Made by a program: the position numbers and the translations under genes. Positions 1 through 12,349 of a stretch of 64,000 bases of DNA are shown piece by piece (position 1 is the stretch's first letter; every line of letters begins with the position of its first letter). The notes below the pieces were generated by a model. That model was not told the origin of the DNA. It did not search any database and saw nothing but the letters and a program-made list of their open reading frames with translations. The stretch covers positions 12,415-76,414 of the forward strand of contig NIVC01002932.1 of the NCBI GenBank assembly GCA_002269645.1, in the 5' to 3' direction. The DNA comes from Macrostomum lignano (taxonomy: Eukaryota).

Positions 1-535
1 CCTACGATAACAGAGCCCAGTTGAGAAGTCAGTCTTTGAAAAGAGTCTTTGAGAATTGAGAAGAAATTAGAAGCCGCGCTTGAGACCTACGAGCCAATCA
101 ACAAACGTGCGAACCTGCGCTTGAGACCTACGAGCAATAAACGTACGAACGGCAATTTGGCCACTGGTAAGCCGCCTGCTGCTTGAGTTCATTAATTCTT
201 TTCTGGGGAGCTTGTTAGGCTGCAGGGGGTTCTTGCCAAAGCTTCATAACGCCGGGAGAGCATTTAGCTTATTGTAGTACTGTACCGGCTACTCTATATA
301 GTATGTACAACCTACAGTATCGAGACTAAAAGCACTCGAGAGTGTCACCACACCTCAAGCCGCAGCGTGAACTCTGAGTGTCACAACACCAGAGGGATCG
401 AACTATTATCGCAGAGCGTCGTCACGCCTGCTCGTATCCATAAAAGTACAGACAGAGCGTCACTACGCCTGTATATTACGTATAATATATATTGTACTCG
501 GGACTGGGCACCCAAACCGACCCGGGTTACAACAA

Positions 536-1400
536 GAGGATAGAGAGACAATGGGAAGGATAGAGAGAGACAATGGGAAGGATAGAGACAATGGGAAGTA
601 TAGAGGGAGAGAGACAATGGGAAGTATAGAGGGAGAGAGACAATGGGAAGGATAGAGAGAGACAATGGGAAGGATAGAGAGAGACAATGGGAAGGATAGA
701 GAGAGACAATGGGAAGGATAGAGAGAGACAATGGGAAGGATAGAGAGACAACGGGAAGGATAGAGAGACAATGGGAAGGATAGAGAGACAATGGGAAGGA
801 TGGAGAGACAATGGGAAGGATAGAGAGACAACGGGAAGGATAGAGAGACAATGGGAAGTATAGAGGGAGACAATGGGAAAGATAGAGAGAGACAATGGGA
901 AGGATAGAGGGAGACAATGGGAAGGATAGAAGGGAGACAATGGGAAGGATAGAAGGGAGACAATGGGAAGGATAGAGAGAGACAATGGGAAGGATAGAGA
1001 GAGACAATGGGAAGGATAGAGAGAGACAATGGGAAGGATAGAGAGAGACAATGGGAAGGATAGAGAGAGACAATGGGAAGGATAGAAGGGAGACAATGGG
1101 AAGGATAGAGAGAGACAATGGGAAGGATAGAGAGAGACAATGGGAAGGATAGAGAGAGACAATGGGAAGGATAGAGAGAGACAATGGGAAGGATAGAAGG
1201 GAGACAATGGGAAGGATAGAGAGAGACAATGGGAAGGATAGAGAGAGACAATGGGAAGGATAGAGAGAGACAATGGGAAGGATAGAGAGAGACAATGGGA
1301 AGGATAGAGAGAGACAATGGGAAGGATAGAGAGAGACAATGGGAAGGATAGAGAGAGACAATGGGAAGGATAGAGAGAGAACAATGGGAAGGATAGAGAG
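536..1400. repeat. 22-bp minisatellite (GACAATGGGAAGGATAGAGAGA)n, array 1
   Basis: Directly visible tandem unit with 20/22/24-bp variants; the three long minus-strand ORFs here are its translations. Confidence 0.97.
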
Positions 1401-3523
1401 GAAAGGAAGGGTCAGAGTGATAACAATTGATTAAGAAAACAAAAAATTAATGGCACAACATACTTCGCCAAATTATGAGTCCGTGCTCATCGTAAAGAAA
1501 ATATCCTGTTGCTCAGATTACAGCAGTGCAGATCGGTCGCATTGAATAGATGAGAAAGGTTCAGAATTTGCTTCTGCACAGAGACAGTGAACCAAAGCAA
1601 TAATTGGCGTCCACCATGTGAACAGATTTTATCCAGTGCTGGGATATTTTTCGCATTTCCTAGAAAAAGTTACGCTTCCGCGAACGCGGGAACTCTGCGC
1701 TGCAAATTTCTACAACTGAAACAAAAAAAAACGATGTTTGGGCTTTTAGAAAGTACTTACGAGCTTAAATAGACTATCAAAATGTATCGAAGTTATGCAT
1801 GCAGTTTTTGACGCGCGCTAGGACGCTTGGCTTAGGAGTTGGGCATGAATTTTTACAGTTAGTGTTGGATTCGCTTAAAAATGTTTTTTTTAGGCTCGTT
1901 TCAAGCAGTAAAGGTACCGAGGGTCCACCCTGCAGTGCTGCTGGGAGTTAGATCACATACCCAGCGGTGTCAGAACATATTTCAAAGTGGGGGGGGGCTA
2001 TTGATGGGAGGGTACATTGCAAATAATTTCTTTAAATCTAAAGGCACCCAAACTCCTGCTGTTATATCAGTTTGTGAAATTGTGACAATGGGAAGGATAG
2101 AGAGAGACAATAGGAAGGATAGAGAGAGACAATGGGAAGGATAGAAGGGAGACAATGGGAAGGATAGAGAGAGACAATGGGAAGGATAGAGGGAGACAAT
2201 GGGAAGGATAGAGAGAGACAATGGGAAGGATAGAGGGAGACAATGGGAAGGATAGAGAGAGACAATGGGAAGGATAGAGGGAGACAATGGGAAGGATAGA
2301 GAGAGACAATGGGAAGGATAGAGAGAGACAATGGGAAGGATAGAGAGAGACAATGGGAAGGATAGAAGGGAGACAATGGGAAGGATAGAGAGAGACAATG
2401 GGAAGGATAGAGAGAGACAATGGGAAGGATAGAGAGAGACAATGGGAAGGATAGAGAGAGACAATGGGAAGGATAGAGAGAGACAATGGGAAGGATAGAG
2501 GGAGACAATGGAAGGATAGAGAGAGACAATGGGAAGGATAGAGAGAGACAATGGGAAGGATAGAGAGAGACAATGGGAAGGATAGAGGGAGACAATGGGA
2601 AGGATAGAGAGAGACAATGGGAAGGATAGAAGGGAGACAATGGGAAGGATAGAGAGAGACAATGGGAAGGATAGAGAGAGACAATGGGAAGGATAGAGAG
2701 AGACAATGGGAAGGATAGAGAGAGACAATGGGAAGGATAGAGAGAGACAATGGGAAGGATAGAGAGAGACAATGGGAAGGATAGAGAGAGACAATGGGAA
2801 GGATAGAGAGAGAACAATGGGAAGGATAGAGAGGAAAGGAAGGGTCAGAGTGATAACAATTGATTAAGAAAACAAAAAATTAATGGCACAACATACTTCG
2901 CCAAATTATGAGTCCGTGCTCATCGTAAAGAAAATATCCTGTTGCTCAGATTACAGTAGTGCAGATCGGTCGCATTGAATAGATGAGAAAGGTTCAGAAT
3001 TTGCTTCTGCACAGAGACAGTGAACCAAAGCAATAATTGGCGTCCACCATGTGAACAGATTTTATCCAGTGCTGGGATATTTTTCGCATTTCCTAGAAAA
3101 AGTTACGCTTCCGCGAACGCGGGAACTCTGCGCTGCAAATTTCTACAACTGAAACAAAAAAAAACGATGTTTGGGCTTTTAGAAAGTACTTACGAGCTTA
3201 AATAGACTATCAAAATGTATCGAAGTTATGCATGCAGTTTTTGACGCGCGCTAGGACGCTTGGCTTAGGAGTTGGGCATGAATTTTTACAGTTAGTGTTG
3301 GATTCGCTTAAAAATGTTTTTTTAGGCTCGTTTCAAGCAGTAAAGGTACCGAGGGTCCACCCTGCAGTGCTGCTGGGAGTTAGATCACATACCCAGCGGT
3401 GTCAGAACATATTTCAAAGTGGGGGGGGGGGGCTATTGATGGGAGGGTACATTGCAAATAATTTCTTTAAATCTAAAGGCACCCAAACTCCTGCTGTTAT
3501 ATCAGTTTGTGAAATTGTGACAA
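1401..3523. repeat. Direct duplication of a ~690-bp unique block (1401-2088 and 2834-3523) separated by array 2 of the 22-bp satellite (2084-2833)
   Basis: Identical ORFs at 1587 and 3020 (offset 1433). Copies differ by one substitution and two homopolymer lengths that I could see. Confidence 0.95.
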
Positions 3524-3641
3524 CCAGGCCGATATTCAATTTTGAGTTGGAAGTGGCAAAAAGTCTGAAAATGTTTGAATTTTTAACTGATTCAAACATT
3601 GCGCAACTAATTGCGAAAATTGCATTATCAATTTAAATAGT

Positions 3642-3842
3642 TGTGGCGAGTTGAGCCACGTAAAGTTTATTTGAAGTAGCAGGGTGGAGGCGCGCGAGAC
3701 AAAAGTCTAAAGTTATATAGGCCAGCGGTGTACACTGGGCAGCCAATCAACGCACAGCGCCCGTGCACATAGCGCCGGCCTCCCCGGCCAGGGGTTGGGG
3801 TGGCTGCTGGAGCGCGCACGCGCGCGTGGCGTGACCGCCACA
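3642..3842 (-). repeat. 3' LTR (201 bp)
   Basis: Matches 7741-7940 except one substitution and a 1-nt indel; contains TATATAA and AATAAA on the minus strand. Confidence 0.95.
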
Positions 3843-6800
3843 TGGCTCCCCCCAGCGCTGGCCTAGGACCGAAACCGCGTCGGGCGGCACCGGCGAGGCG
3901 GAAGCTGGCGGCGACCAGACGCTGGAGGCCGGGTCGCTTGCACCGGTGGGAGGCGCGTCGGTGGGAGCCCCGGCGGCGCTTGCGGGTGCGCAGCTGCGAC
4001 CGGAGGGTCTCCACCACGTGGCAGTTGTGGCCGGCCGTCCGGAGGGCCGGAGCCGGAATCGCCTCGCCGGGATCGAGCGCCGCCGGCTTGAGTCTGTCCA
4101 CTGCCACGTGATCCTGCCGCGTGCCCAGGTCGAGGCGGAAGGTCTTGTCTTCGCGCTCAAGGACCTTGAAGGGCCTGAAGTACGGCCGCTGCAGAGATGG
4201 CCGGTGGCCGTCGCGGCGGATGAAGACGTGCGTGCAGGACTCCAGGCAGCAGGCACGGAGGCAGCGACGCGGCCATGACGCGAGGTTGGAGGCGGCCGGA
4301 ACGACTGTACCGCGCTGCGTAGCCGGGCCAGGAACTGGTCGTAAGAGCCCTCGGGTGGCGCGGCCTGCAGGCATTCTCCCGGTACCGTCAGCGGGGCGCC
4401 GTAGACCAGCTCGGCCGAGGAGGCGCCGATGTCCTCCTTGGGAGCCGTGCGGATGCCCAGCAACGCCCAGGGCAGCTCATCGGTCCAAGTCGGTCCGGTC
4501 AGGCGCGCCATCAGGGATGCCTTGAGCTGGCGGTGGAAGCGTTCCACCAGGCCGCTAGCCTGTGGGTGAAAAGCGGTGGTGTGGTGCAGCTGCATGCCCA
4601 GCAGCCGCGACACGTTGGCCCATAGCCCGGAGGTGAACTGGGAGCCGCGGTCGGACGTGACGTCACTGGGCACGCCGAAGCGGGCGATCCAACCGGCGAT
4701 GAAAGCGGACGCGCAGGAGGCAGCGGAAGTGTCGGCCAAGGGGAAAGCCTCTCGCCAGCGGGAGAACCTGTCGACGACGGTCAGCAGGTGCGTGAAACCG
4801 CGGGACTGCGGCAGCGGTCCGACAAGGTCGATGTGGACGTGCGCAAAACGGCTGCGGGGCACCGGGATGCTGGCGGGCGGGGCAGTCACGTGGCGCTGCA
4901 CCTTGGCCGTCTGGCAGGCGATGCAGCTGCGAGCCCATTGGCCGACGTCCCTGTTGATTCCCGGCCACACGAACCTCTCGGACACTATGCGCCGCGTACT
5001 GCGTACGGACGGGTGCGCCAGGCCGTGGACTGTGTCGAAAACGGCGCGGCGGAAGTCGGTGGGCACCAGCGGGCGCGGGCGGCCGGTCACGGTGTCGCAG
5101 ATGACCTCCAGGCCGGGACGCAACGCCACGCGCTCGAGCCGCAGGCCGGTGCCGGCGAGCGCGGGATCGTCTGCTCGCTGCGCGCGTGCCAGGGCCGCGT
5201 AGTCGATGCCGGGGAGCAGCGGCTGCACAGAGGCGATGGTGCAGCGGGACAGGGCGTCGGCCACCGGATTGTCCTTGCCCGCCACGTGCCGGATGTCGGT
5301 GGTGAACTCCAACACGTATGCGAGGTGCCGCTGCTGGCGCGCTGACCAGGGATCCGACAACTTGGCCATGGCCACGACCAGGGGTTTGTGGTCAGTGTAG
5401 GCGGTGAAGATGCGGCCTTCCAAAAAGTAGCGGAAATGCCGCGTGGCCAGATAGAGAGCGAGTAACTCCCGGTCGAACGCGCTGTACTTTTGTTCAGCCG
5501 GTCGCAGTTGGCGGCTGAAGAAGGCGAGTGGCCGCCAGGCCTCGCCGACACGCTGCTCAAGAACCGCCCCGATGGCGGTGTCCGAGGCGTCGACCGTCAG
5601 CGCCGTTGGGGCGTCGGGCTCCGGGTGCGCAAGCATGGTCGCGTCAACCAGGGCCTGCTTCGTGCTGTTGAAGGCGTCCGTCAGCTCCGGTGTCCACTGA
5701 ACGATCTTGTCCTTGCTGGCCAGGGCGCCGTAGATGGGGCGCAGCAACTGGGCGGCCCGCGGCACGAACCGGTGATAGAAGTTCACCATGCCGGCGAACT
5801 CTTGCAGGCCCTTGACGGTCGCGGGCGGAGCGAATCGGGCGATGGCTTCGACTTTGTCTGGCAGCGGCATGGCGCCCCGGCTGTTGATGCGGTGGCCTAG
5901 AAAGTCGATTTCGCTGCGGCCAAACTGGCACTTGGCTGGATTGACGAGGAGGCCGTTGTCTGCCAGGCGCTGCAACAGCGTGCGCAGGTGCTCCAGATGC
6001 TGCTGAGGGCCGCTGCTCGCCACTAGGAAGTCGTCGATATAGGCGAACACGAAGTCCAAACCCTGGCAGACCGTGTCAATCAGCCGTTGGAAGGCCTGGG
6101 CGGCGTTTTTGAGTCCGAATGGCATCCGGAGAAACTCGAACAGGCCGAATGGCGTGATGACGGCCGTCTTGGCGATGTCGGCCTCGGCAACCGGGATCTG
6201 GTGGTAGCCCCGCACCAGGTCGATCTTGGAGAAAATGTTGCACCCGGACAGCCGCGCAGAAAAGTCCTGAATGTGCGGCACCGGGTAGCGGTCGGGCACC
6301 GTGGCGTCGTTCAGCCGCCGGAAATCGCCGCAGGGCCGCCAACCCCCGGAGGCCTTTGGCACCATGTGCAGCGGCGACGACCAGGGGCTGCAGGACCGCC
6401 GCACGATGCCCAGCTGCTCCAGGTTGCGGAATTCCTCCTTGGCCACCGCCAGCTTGTCAGGCGGCAGGCGGCGCGCCCGGGCGTGGACAGGGGGGCCCGT
6501 CGTAGGAATATGATGTTGGACCCCGTGGAGCGGCCGGGCTTTCTGGAAACTCGGCTCCGTCAGCGTCGGGAACTCCGCGAGCAGCTGGCTGTACAGGTCC
6601 CCAGCGACGGCGGCGGCGAGCTGAGGTGCCGGGCCGGACCCGAGCAGCAGGTGGGCGCTGGACAGCGAGCTAGTGTCGAGCAGACGGCGGTTTGGCATGT
6701 CCACCAGTAGGCCGTGGTGCCGCAGGAAATCCGCGCCGATCAACGGCCGTGACACCTCGGCCAGGATGAACGGCCAGGTGCAGGTCTTGACGCCGAGGTC

Positions 6801-7028
6801 GAGCGTCAGCGTCCGGCTGCCGAACGTCCGGATCGGGCTGCCGTTGGCCGCGAAAAGCGGCGGGCCGGGTGTGTGCGAGCGGGCGTCTGCCCCCGAGACA
6901 GGAAAAATGCTCACCTCAGCGCCGGTGTCGACCAAGAAGCGCCGGCCCGTGGCTACGTCGGGGATGAGCAGGAGGTTGTTGCTGCCGGCCGTCGAGGCGT
7001 TCACTGACGGCCGGCCGGCCCGTTTCCC
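3747..7028 (-). CDS. pol: Gypsy Pol polyprotein (protease, RT, RNase H, integrase); GPY/F tail displaced by a frameshift near 4245
   Basis: FLVDTGA protease, AYIDD RT, FFSRQL/DALSR RNase H, H-H-C-C Zn finger, HIDLVG...TSDRGSQF...VERFHR integrase. [10 protein letters not shown]...DRLKPA is in another frame (ORF 3667..4374). Confidence 0.95.
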   Translation of the reverse strand, partial: GKRAGRPSVNASTAGSNNLLLIPDVATGRRFLVDTGAEVSIFPVSGADARSHTPGPPLFAANGSPIRTFGSRTLTLDLGVKTCTWPFILAEVSRPLIGADFLRHHGLLVDMPNRRLLDTSSLSSAHLLLGSGPAPQLAAAVAGDLYSQLLAEFPTLTEPSFQKARPLHGVQHHIPTTGPPVHARARRLPPDKLAVAKEEFRNLEQLGIVRRSCSPWSSPLHMVPKASGGWRPCGDFRRLNDATVPDRYPVPHIQDFSARLSGCNIFSKIDLVRGYHQIPVAEADIAKTAVITPFGLFEFLRMPFGLKNAAQAFQRLIDTVCQGLDFVFAYIDDFLVASSGPQQHLEHLRTLLQRLADNGLLVNPAKCQFGRSEIDFLGHRINSRGAMPLPDKVEAIARFAPPATVKGLQEFAGMVNFYHRFVPRAAQLLRPIYGALASKDKIVQWTPELTDAFNSTKQALVDATMLAHPEPDAPTALTVDASDTAIGAVLEQRVGEAWRPLAFFSRQLRPAEQKYSAFDRELLALYLATRHFRYFLEGRIFTAYTDHKPLVVAMAKLSDPWSARQQRHLAYVLEFTTDIRHVAGKDNPVADALSRCTIASVQPLLPGIDYAALARAQRADDPALAGTGLRLERVALRPGLEVICDTVTGRPRPLVPTDFRRAVFDTVHGLAHPSVRSTRRIVSERFVWPGINRDVGQWARSCIACQTAKVQRHVTAPPASIPVPRSRFAHVHIDLVGPLPQSRGFTHLLTVVDRFSRWREAFPLADTSAASCASAFIAGWIARFGVPSDVTSDRGSQFTSGLWANVSRLLGMQLHHTTAFHPQASGLVERFHRQLKASLMARLTGPTWTDELPWALLGIRTAPKEDIGASSAELVYGAPLTVPGECLQAAPPEGSYDQFLARLRSAVQSFRPPPTSRHGRVAASVPAAWSPARTSSSAATATGHLCSGRTSGPSRSLSAKTRPSASTWARGRITWQWTDSSRRRSIPARRFRLRPSGRPATTATWWRPSGRSCAPASAAGAPTDAPPTGASDPASSVWSPPASASPVPPDAVSVLGQRWGEPCGGHATRACALQQPPQPLAGEAGAMCTGAVR
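6984..7028 (-). promoter_or_regulatory. -1 programmed ribosomal frameshift signal (G GGA AAC, 6-nt spacer, 10-bp stem)
   Basis: Slippery heptamer at 7028-7022 in gag frame. GCCGGCCGTC/GACGGCCGGC perfect stem at 7015-7006 and 6993-6984. Pol is in the -1 frame. Confidence 0.8.
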
Positions 7029-7693
7029 GAGAACTGGCAGGGCGGCTCGCAACGCCGGGCCTTGGCGCCGAACTTCCGGTGGAAGAAACAGATGGGGCCA
7101 TCGGCCTCCCTCGGCTGGTGCTGCTTCGGCTTGGCGCAAGCCGGGCGGGCGGTGGCAGCAACTACCGGCGGGTGCTCTGGCGGCAGGGTGGCGGTGGCCA
7201 CGGGCTGTGCCCGGCTCGCCCAGAGTTCATCCGCGAGTCGCGCAACTGCGCGCGGGTCAGCGAAATCCACGGAGACGAGTGCCATGCGAATTTCGGCCGG
7301 CATCTGCTGGCGGAAAAGCTCCTCGAAGAGCATGCAGGGCCGGTGGTTGCCGAGCAGGGCCAGCATCTCGTCCATGAGCTCGGACGGGCGGCGGTCACCG
7401 AGGCCGGCCAGGTTGAGCAGCCGGCTGGCACGCTGTTGCTGCGTCAGGCCGAATGTGCCGAGGACGCGGGCCTTGAGAGCATCGTACTTGTTCTCAGCCG
7501 GCGGTGTCTCAAGCACGTCCAGCAGGCGCTCGGCTGACTGCTGGTCCAGCGCGGCTACGAGGTGAAAGTATTTGATAGCATCTTGCGTGATGTTGCGGAG
7601 GACGAATTGCGCCTCTGCCTGGATGAACTAGGCGCGAGGCTGGCTGGCCCAGAACGTGGGCAGCTTGAGGGCCACCGCAGACTCAGTTGACAT
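7001..7693 (-). pseudogene. gag: Gypsy Gag with a premature TAG at 7630-7628
   Basis: MSTESAVALKLPTFWASQPRA*FIQAEAQF... is a typical gypsy gag N-terminus where Trp (TGG) is expected at the stop; C-terminal CFFHRKFG...C...C knuckle. Confidence 0.88.
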
Positions 7694-7740
7694 ACTGAGG
7701 AGTTATTCTCAAACAAGCGGTTGAGAGTCGGGCTCACCAA

Positions 7741-7940
7741 TGTGGCGAGTTGAGCCACGTAAAGTTTATTTGAAGTAGCAGGGTGGAGGCGCGCGAGACA
7801 AAAGTCTAAAGTTATATAGGCCAGCGGTGTACACTGGGCAGCAAATCAACGCACAGCGCCCGTGCACATAGCGCCGGCCTCCCCGGCCGGGGTTGGGGTG
7901 GCTGCTGGAGCGCGCACGCGCGCGTGGCGTGACCGCCACA
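7741..7940 (-). repeat. 5' LTR (200 bp)
   Basis: Direct repeat of 3642-3842. Confidence 0.95.
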
Positions 7941-8269
7941 TAATAAAATATCTCAAATGAATGAAAATTACCAGGGCAAGACCAGTAATTCTCTGGATCT
8001 CTTGGCTGCCTCCTTCAGTTCCTCTTGGCGCTGTCTCTTTATTCTTTTAGCTGACGGCATTTTAGCAATTTTGGTTGCAGCGTCAGCAGCGGTTGAGGTC
8101 TTGGGATTGCGGCGCACTCGGAATTTCGATCAGAGACGCCAAAGTGAAAGGGCTGAATACTAAAACAGGGGTTGGCAAATTCTGGCCTGAGGGCCAAATG
8201 TGGCCCGCAAAGCCTCTCTATCCGGTCCTCGGATCCTTTAAATCTTCACAATAGCAATCCGGCCCGCTC

Positions 8270-8900
8270 GATGTTTGTCTCTTCTCAGCTCTCTTCTCAT
8301 ATTCTCTCCTGTTCTCTCCTCTCCTCTCTCTTCTCCTCTCATCTCCTCACCTATCTCCTCTCCTCTCTCCTTTCCTCTCCTCACCTCTCTTCTCTCCTCT
8401 CTCCTTTCCTCTCCTCTCCTCTTCTCTCCTCTCCTCAACTCTCTCATCTCCTCTCCTCTCTACTCTCCTCACCTCTCTCATCTCCTCTCCTCTCCTCTCT
8501 TCTCTCCTCTCCTCTCTCCTCTCATCTTTTCTTTCCTTTCCTCGTCCTCTCCTCTCCTCCCCTCTCCTTTCCTCTCTTTCTTTCCTTTCATCTCCTCACC
8601 TCTCTCCTCTCCCTTTTCTCTCCATTCTCTTCTCCCTTCCCTCTTCTCTTCTCTTCTCTTCTCTCTTTTCGTCTCTCCTCTCCTTATCCATCTCCCCTCT
8701 CCAATTTTATCTCTCTTCTCGTCTACTCTCTTCTCCTTTATTCCTTCACCTCTCCTCTCTCCTCTCCTCTCCTCTCCTCTCCTCTCCTCTCCTCTCCTCT
8801 CCTCTCCTCGCTCCTCTTATCTTGTCTTTCCTTTCCTTCTCCTCTCCTCGCCTCTCCTTTCTCCTACGCTCATATAATTCTCTGCTCTATTCCCTATCCT
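8270..8900. repeat. Degenerate CT-rich (CTCTC)n low-complexity tract
   Basis: Almost pure pyrimidine; the Ser/Leu/Pro ORFs are artefacts. Confidence 0.95.
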
Positions 8901-9694
8901 CTCTCCCTTCTCTTGCCTGCAGTCAGGGACTCCTGGGCGCGTTTTGCTTACGGGGGCCCAGCGAAGCAAACCCAGAAGGGCAGTCATTGCGCCACGCTAG
9001 GTTCTCAATCTGGCCTTTAAGGTGAAAAGTTTGCTGACCAATGCACTAAAAGCACTAGGCTTATGCACATTAGATAAAAACTGTAGTGGAATGGAGATTG
9101 AGAACAACATGAACTACGAGTATTATATCAGCTGATACCCCCCTTAGCTTCCAAGACTCAGAAAAGCCAGAGCCCAAAACCAGTCGACACTTGTTTAAAA
9201 TTCAAAAAGGGCACTTGCTGGATCATGCTAAAAAGTGGGGGGGGGGACTTCAGCCCCCCCGTGCCCCCCCGGTTCCGACACCCCTGCACATACCAAATAT
9301 ATTGGTGAGCCTACTCGCCCTAGGAATTTCAGGTGCGAAAAACCATAATTTTGGTTGGCGCAGCTGAAATCGCATCGCGAAGTTCACCGAAATTCCATCG
9401 CCTCATCGTATTTTTAACGCATTTTTAAACAAAACTGTCTCAGATTGATACGACCCACAATTGATGCAATGAATTCTAAGAACAGATGAAATGGGCACAG
9501 TTAAACTATTCAGAGAACAAAGAAATTTCGTTGGTTGCCAGTTAAAAAATGAACGATAGCAAAAATGTCAGCCAACACACATCCAGCTGGACAATGTACA
9601 TGGAAGCAAAATTGTCAGTCAACACACATCCAGCTGGACAATGTCTAATCACTAATCACACTGATCACTTTACCAGGCCGAGCTAACGGAAACG

Positions 9695-11760
9695 CTAGGC
9701 CAACGTCGCTGCCTCCTGGGCGTCGGCAGCAGCAGCTGGCGCGTCAGCAGCGGGAAGCCCCAACAGGTGTCGGCAGCCGTCCAGCTCATCCGGCGCGAGT
9801 TCGCCCGACTCGACCGCCTCCTTCAGAAGCATCGAGGCCGCTGCGTGCATCATTGAAGAAGACGAAGGCCGCAGCGGCGACCTGCGCCGGTCCAAGGAGC
9901 CCGGCAACTGGTGCTGCTGACACCGCAGCGGCCTCGCCTCCTTCGGCTTGGTGCTCATCAGGTAGACGAGCTCCACAAACTCAAAGAAGGACAGAATTGA
10001 CACGCCCGCGTACAGGCCGAAAATCCCGCCGATCTCCGACAAGGCCTCGGCGAACGAGTAGCTTTCAACCTCCTCGTGCAGCGTGCCAGTGGGACTGTCG
10101 GCGTGGATGGCCACCTTCAGGAAGTTCTTGCGCACCAGGAACTCCGCAGCTGTCCAGTTGACGCCGTGGCCGGAGCTCTCCTGACTGATGATGTCGTGAA
10201 TTGGCGCCACGCTGGTGTTCTTCAGGATGTGGTTGTAGCTCCTGGCGCCGACTGTCTCCTTCTGGAATGCGGGAAGCACGTACTGGTTGATGAGGAACTG
10301 GATGTCCCTCTGGCTAGGCCAGGCCGAGCTGCCCATCTTCACGTTGTAGTTGTTCACGCTGCACGGCTGGAAGTTCTGCGAATCGCGGAAGTAGTCGAAG
10401 ATCTTGTGCTTCAGTCGGTGCTCGTAGACCCGGTCGTGACACCGGATGTGCCTCAGTGTGCGCTCTATCTCGGCCGGGTCGGTCCCGTCGCGGCAGTGAT
10501 AGCACAGCTCGGTGTTGAAGCACTGAAACGGCATTATGTGAGTGTAGCAATGGCAGGCCGACCAGAACAAGGCCTGGCTCTTATCCACTATGTAGTCTAG
10601 GCGGGCTCGTTTGAACTTCTTGAAGTTTGGCGGCGGCCTGGGTCCCGGATAGCGGATGTTGCTGCCAGGATAGTACGCCATGTACTCCATCCGGTCCTCC
10701 GTGCCGCTGGTCTCCACCCGGCAGGGGTGCTCCGGTCGGTTCTTAGACAGCTTCCGCTCCATGTAGAAGTTGATATTAGAGAAGTCGCCATTGCCAACAA
10801 TGACGCTGTTCATGTCCATGTGCGGGTAGGTGTCCTTCTCGTGCAGGATCACCCGCATGCCGTCCGGCTCCAGCTTGTCTCCGGCCAGCAGCTGATTGAG
10901 CGACAGATTGTAATTCTCCAGGTAGCGCTCCAGGAAGTTGGACTGGTCGCCCAGGTGGTTCAGGATTTCGTCCTCGTAGTCGTAGTAAACGTCTCGAATC
11001 GTGGTGAGGCCGTTCTTGGATGCACATTGCGCAGGTGCGAATTCGTGTAGAGAATCAGGCTCAGGCCTTCGTCTTCGTTACTGGAGTAGACCTGCCGGTC
11101 CTCGTGGCCTCCATCGAATTTTGGCGCAAATGTGTAGCAATTCCAGTAGCGCAGGTTCTGCACCATCTTGAACTGCTTGTTGGAGCATTGTCGGTTCTTG
11201 TAGCTGCACTGCACTATAAACAGATCGTCATCATGAGCCAGGTCCCTGGTGTCCTCCGAGGCCCAGAAGATCTGCATGAAAGTCCTGGCCACTTTCAGTC
11301 GGCCAACTTTGTCATTGGCGGAGAAATTGCCAGCCCGAATGAAGCCGCTGAAGTATTTCCACCGGTTGCTGATGTGCCCGTGGATCTCCTTGGCTGCGTG
11401 GTACTGCACCGACTCGGAGATCGGGTACATGTTACAGAAAGTCACGTCCGGAAACTCCTGCCGGATGCGGCCCTGCAAGATGACGGAGTTCACCGGTGTC
11501 TCCATGTAGTTAGCCACGATGAAGTAGATGTGAACGGCGCAGGCTCCGCAGCTGACTAGGGTGATGCAGAGCCAGAACAGCTTCCTGCAGGTGTCGGTAG
11601 ACTGGTACATGTGGCCCAGGCCGTGCACTGTAGTCCGGTGCCCGTAGTCATTGAACTCGTTAATTATAAACCGCAGGGTGTTTCTGCGCTCCTGCTCCCG
11701 CCGCTGCTGCTGCTGTTGCTGCTCTTGCTTGATTCTCGGCGCTTGCGATGCAGTAGCCAT
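9695..11760 (-). CDS. DEG/ENaC (amiloride-sensitive/FaNaC-like) sodium channel, apparently intronless, one frameshift between ~10960 and ~11050
   Basis: TTVHG pre-TM1 motif, TM1, FPDVTFCN, NCYTF, GLSLIL, GMRVILHE, Cys-rich region and TM2 SEIGGIFGLYAGVSILSFFE. ORFs 10960..11760 and 9695..10858 join through a -1 shift (...SKNGLTTIRDVYY...). Confidence 0.92.
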
Positions 11761-12349
11761 TTCTGCGTGTCTCCCGCAGATTCTGGAAGCTCGATGACTT
11801 CTAAAGTTTATTTTTTCAAAGCAGGCACCAAGTTAAAATATGGGAAATATAAACGTTTTGGAAAGGTCCTCTGTGTTATCAGGGCGCCAGTGCCGACAGC
11901 CTTCAGCCAAAAAGTTGGCCAGCGATTGGGTTGACTGGGGAATAAAGTTCAGGCGGGCGCCTGCTGGTGCAGGGGAATATAAACAGTGGGAAAACAAGCA
12001 GAGAGAGAGAGATTGTAGTTCTAGCAAGGAGCATCAACCAATGGCTGCTGGTGGACGGCTGACGATGTAATTTTGGCAGCAGATTTGCGGCTTACATGCC
12101 AACTATCACTAAGCTGCAATATCCATAATGCCGTTATGGTCTTTCCAAGCTGTCTGATTCAACTCATGCATATGCAAAGAAGCCTCAAGGAGGACATAGC
12201 ACCCGGGAGGCATTAATCAGGAGCTGAAGAGTGAGTCTCAGAGCTACGCTTGTAAGAATAGCATTAATTTATCTATCTGGAATTTTCTTCAGTTTGGAAA
12301 TTGCGTATAAAACTTTCTGCCTAAATTTTGCTGCAGTTGAATATATATG

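Larger units (their letters stand above)
3642..7940 (-). mobile_element. Ty3/gypsy LTR retrotransposon, full length
   Basis: TG...CA LTRs at 3642-3842 and 7741-7940. PBS-like TGGTGAGCCCGAC next to the 5' LTR, purine tract GGGGGGAG next to the 3' LTR, gag then PR-RT-RH-IN order. Confidence 0.97.

Noticed and set aside
381-2817. Long Ser/Leu/Pro ORFs (also 8172-9020, 12510-13637, 22163-24196, 26208-26890)
   Set aside because: They are translations of stop-free tandem repeats and are open in several frames.
3800-7565. Many plus-strand and alternative-frame ORFs over the gypsy element and ENaC gene
   Set aside because: Shadow ORFs of GC-rich coding sequence with no recognisable motifs.
8166-9286. 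CAGGGGTTGGCAAA (8166) and ...CCGACACCCCTG (9286) as ends of one hAT element
   Set aside because: Only 7 bp are complementary and there is no 8-bp TSD; probably unrelated transposon-end relics.
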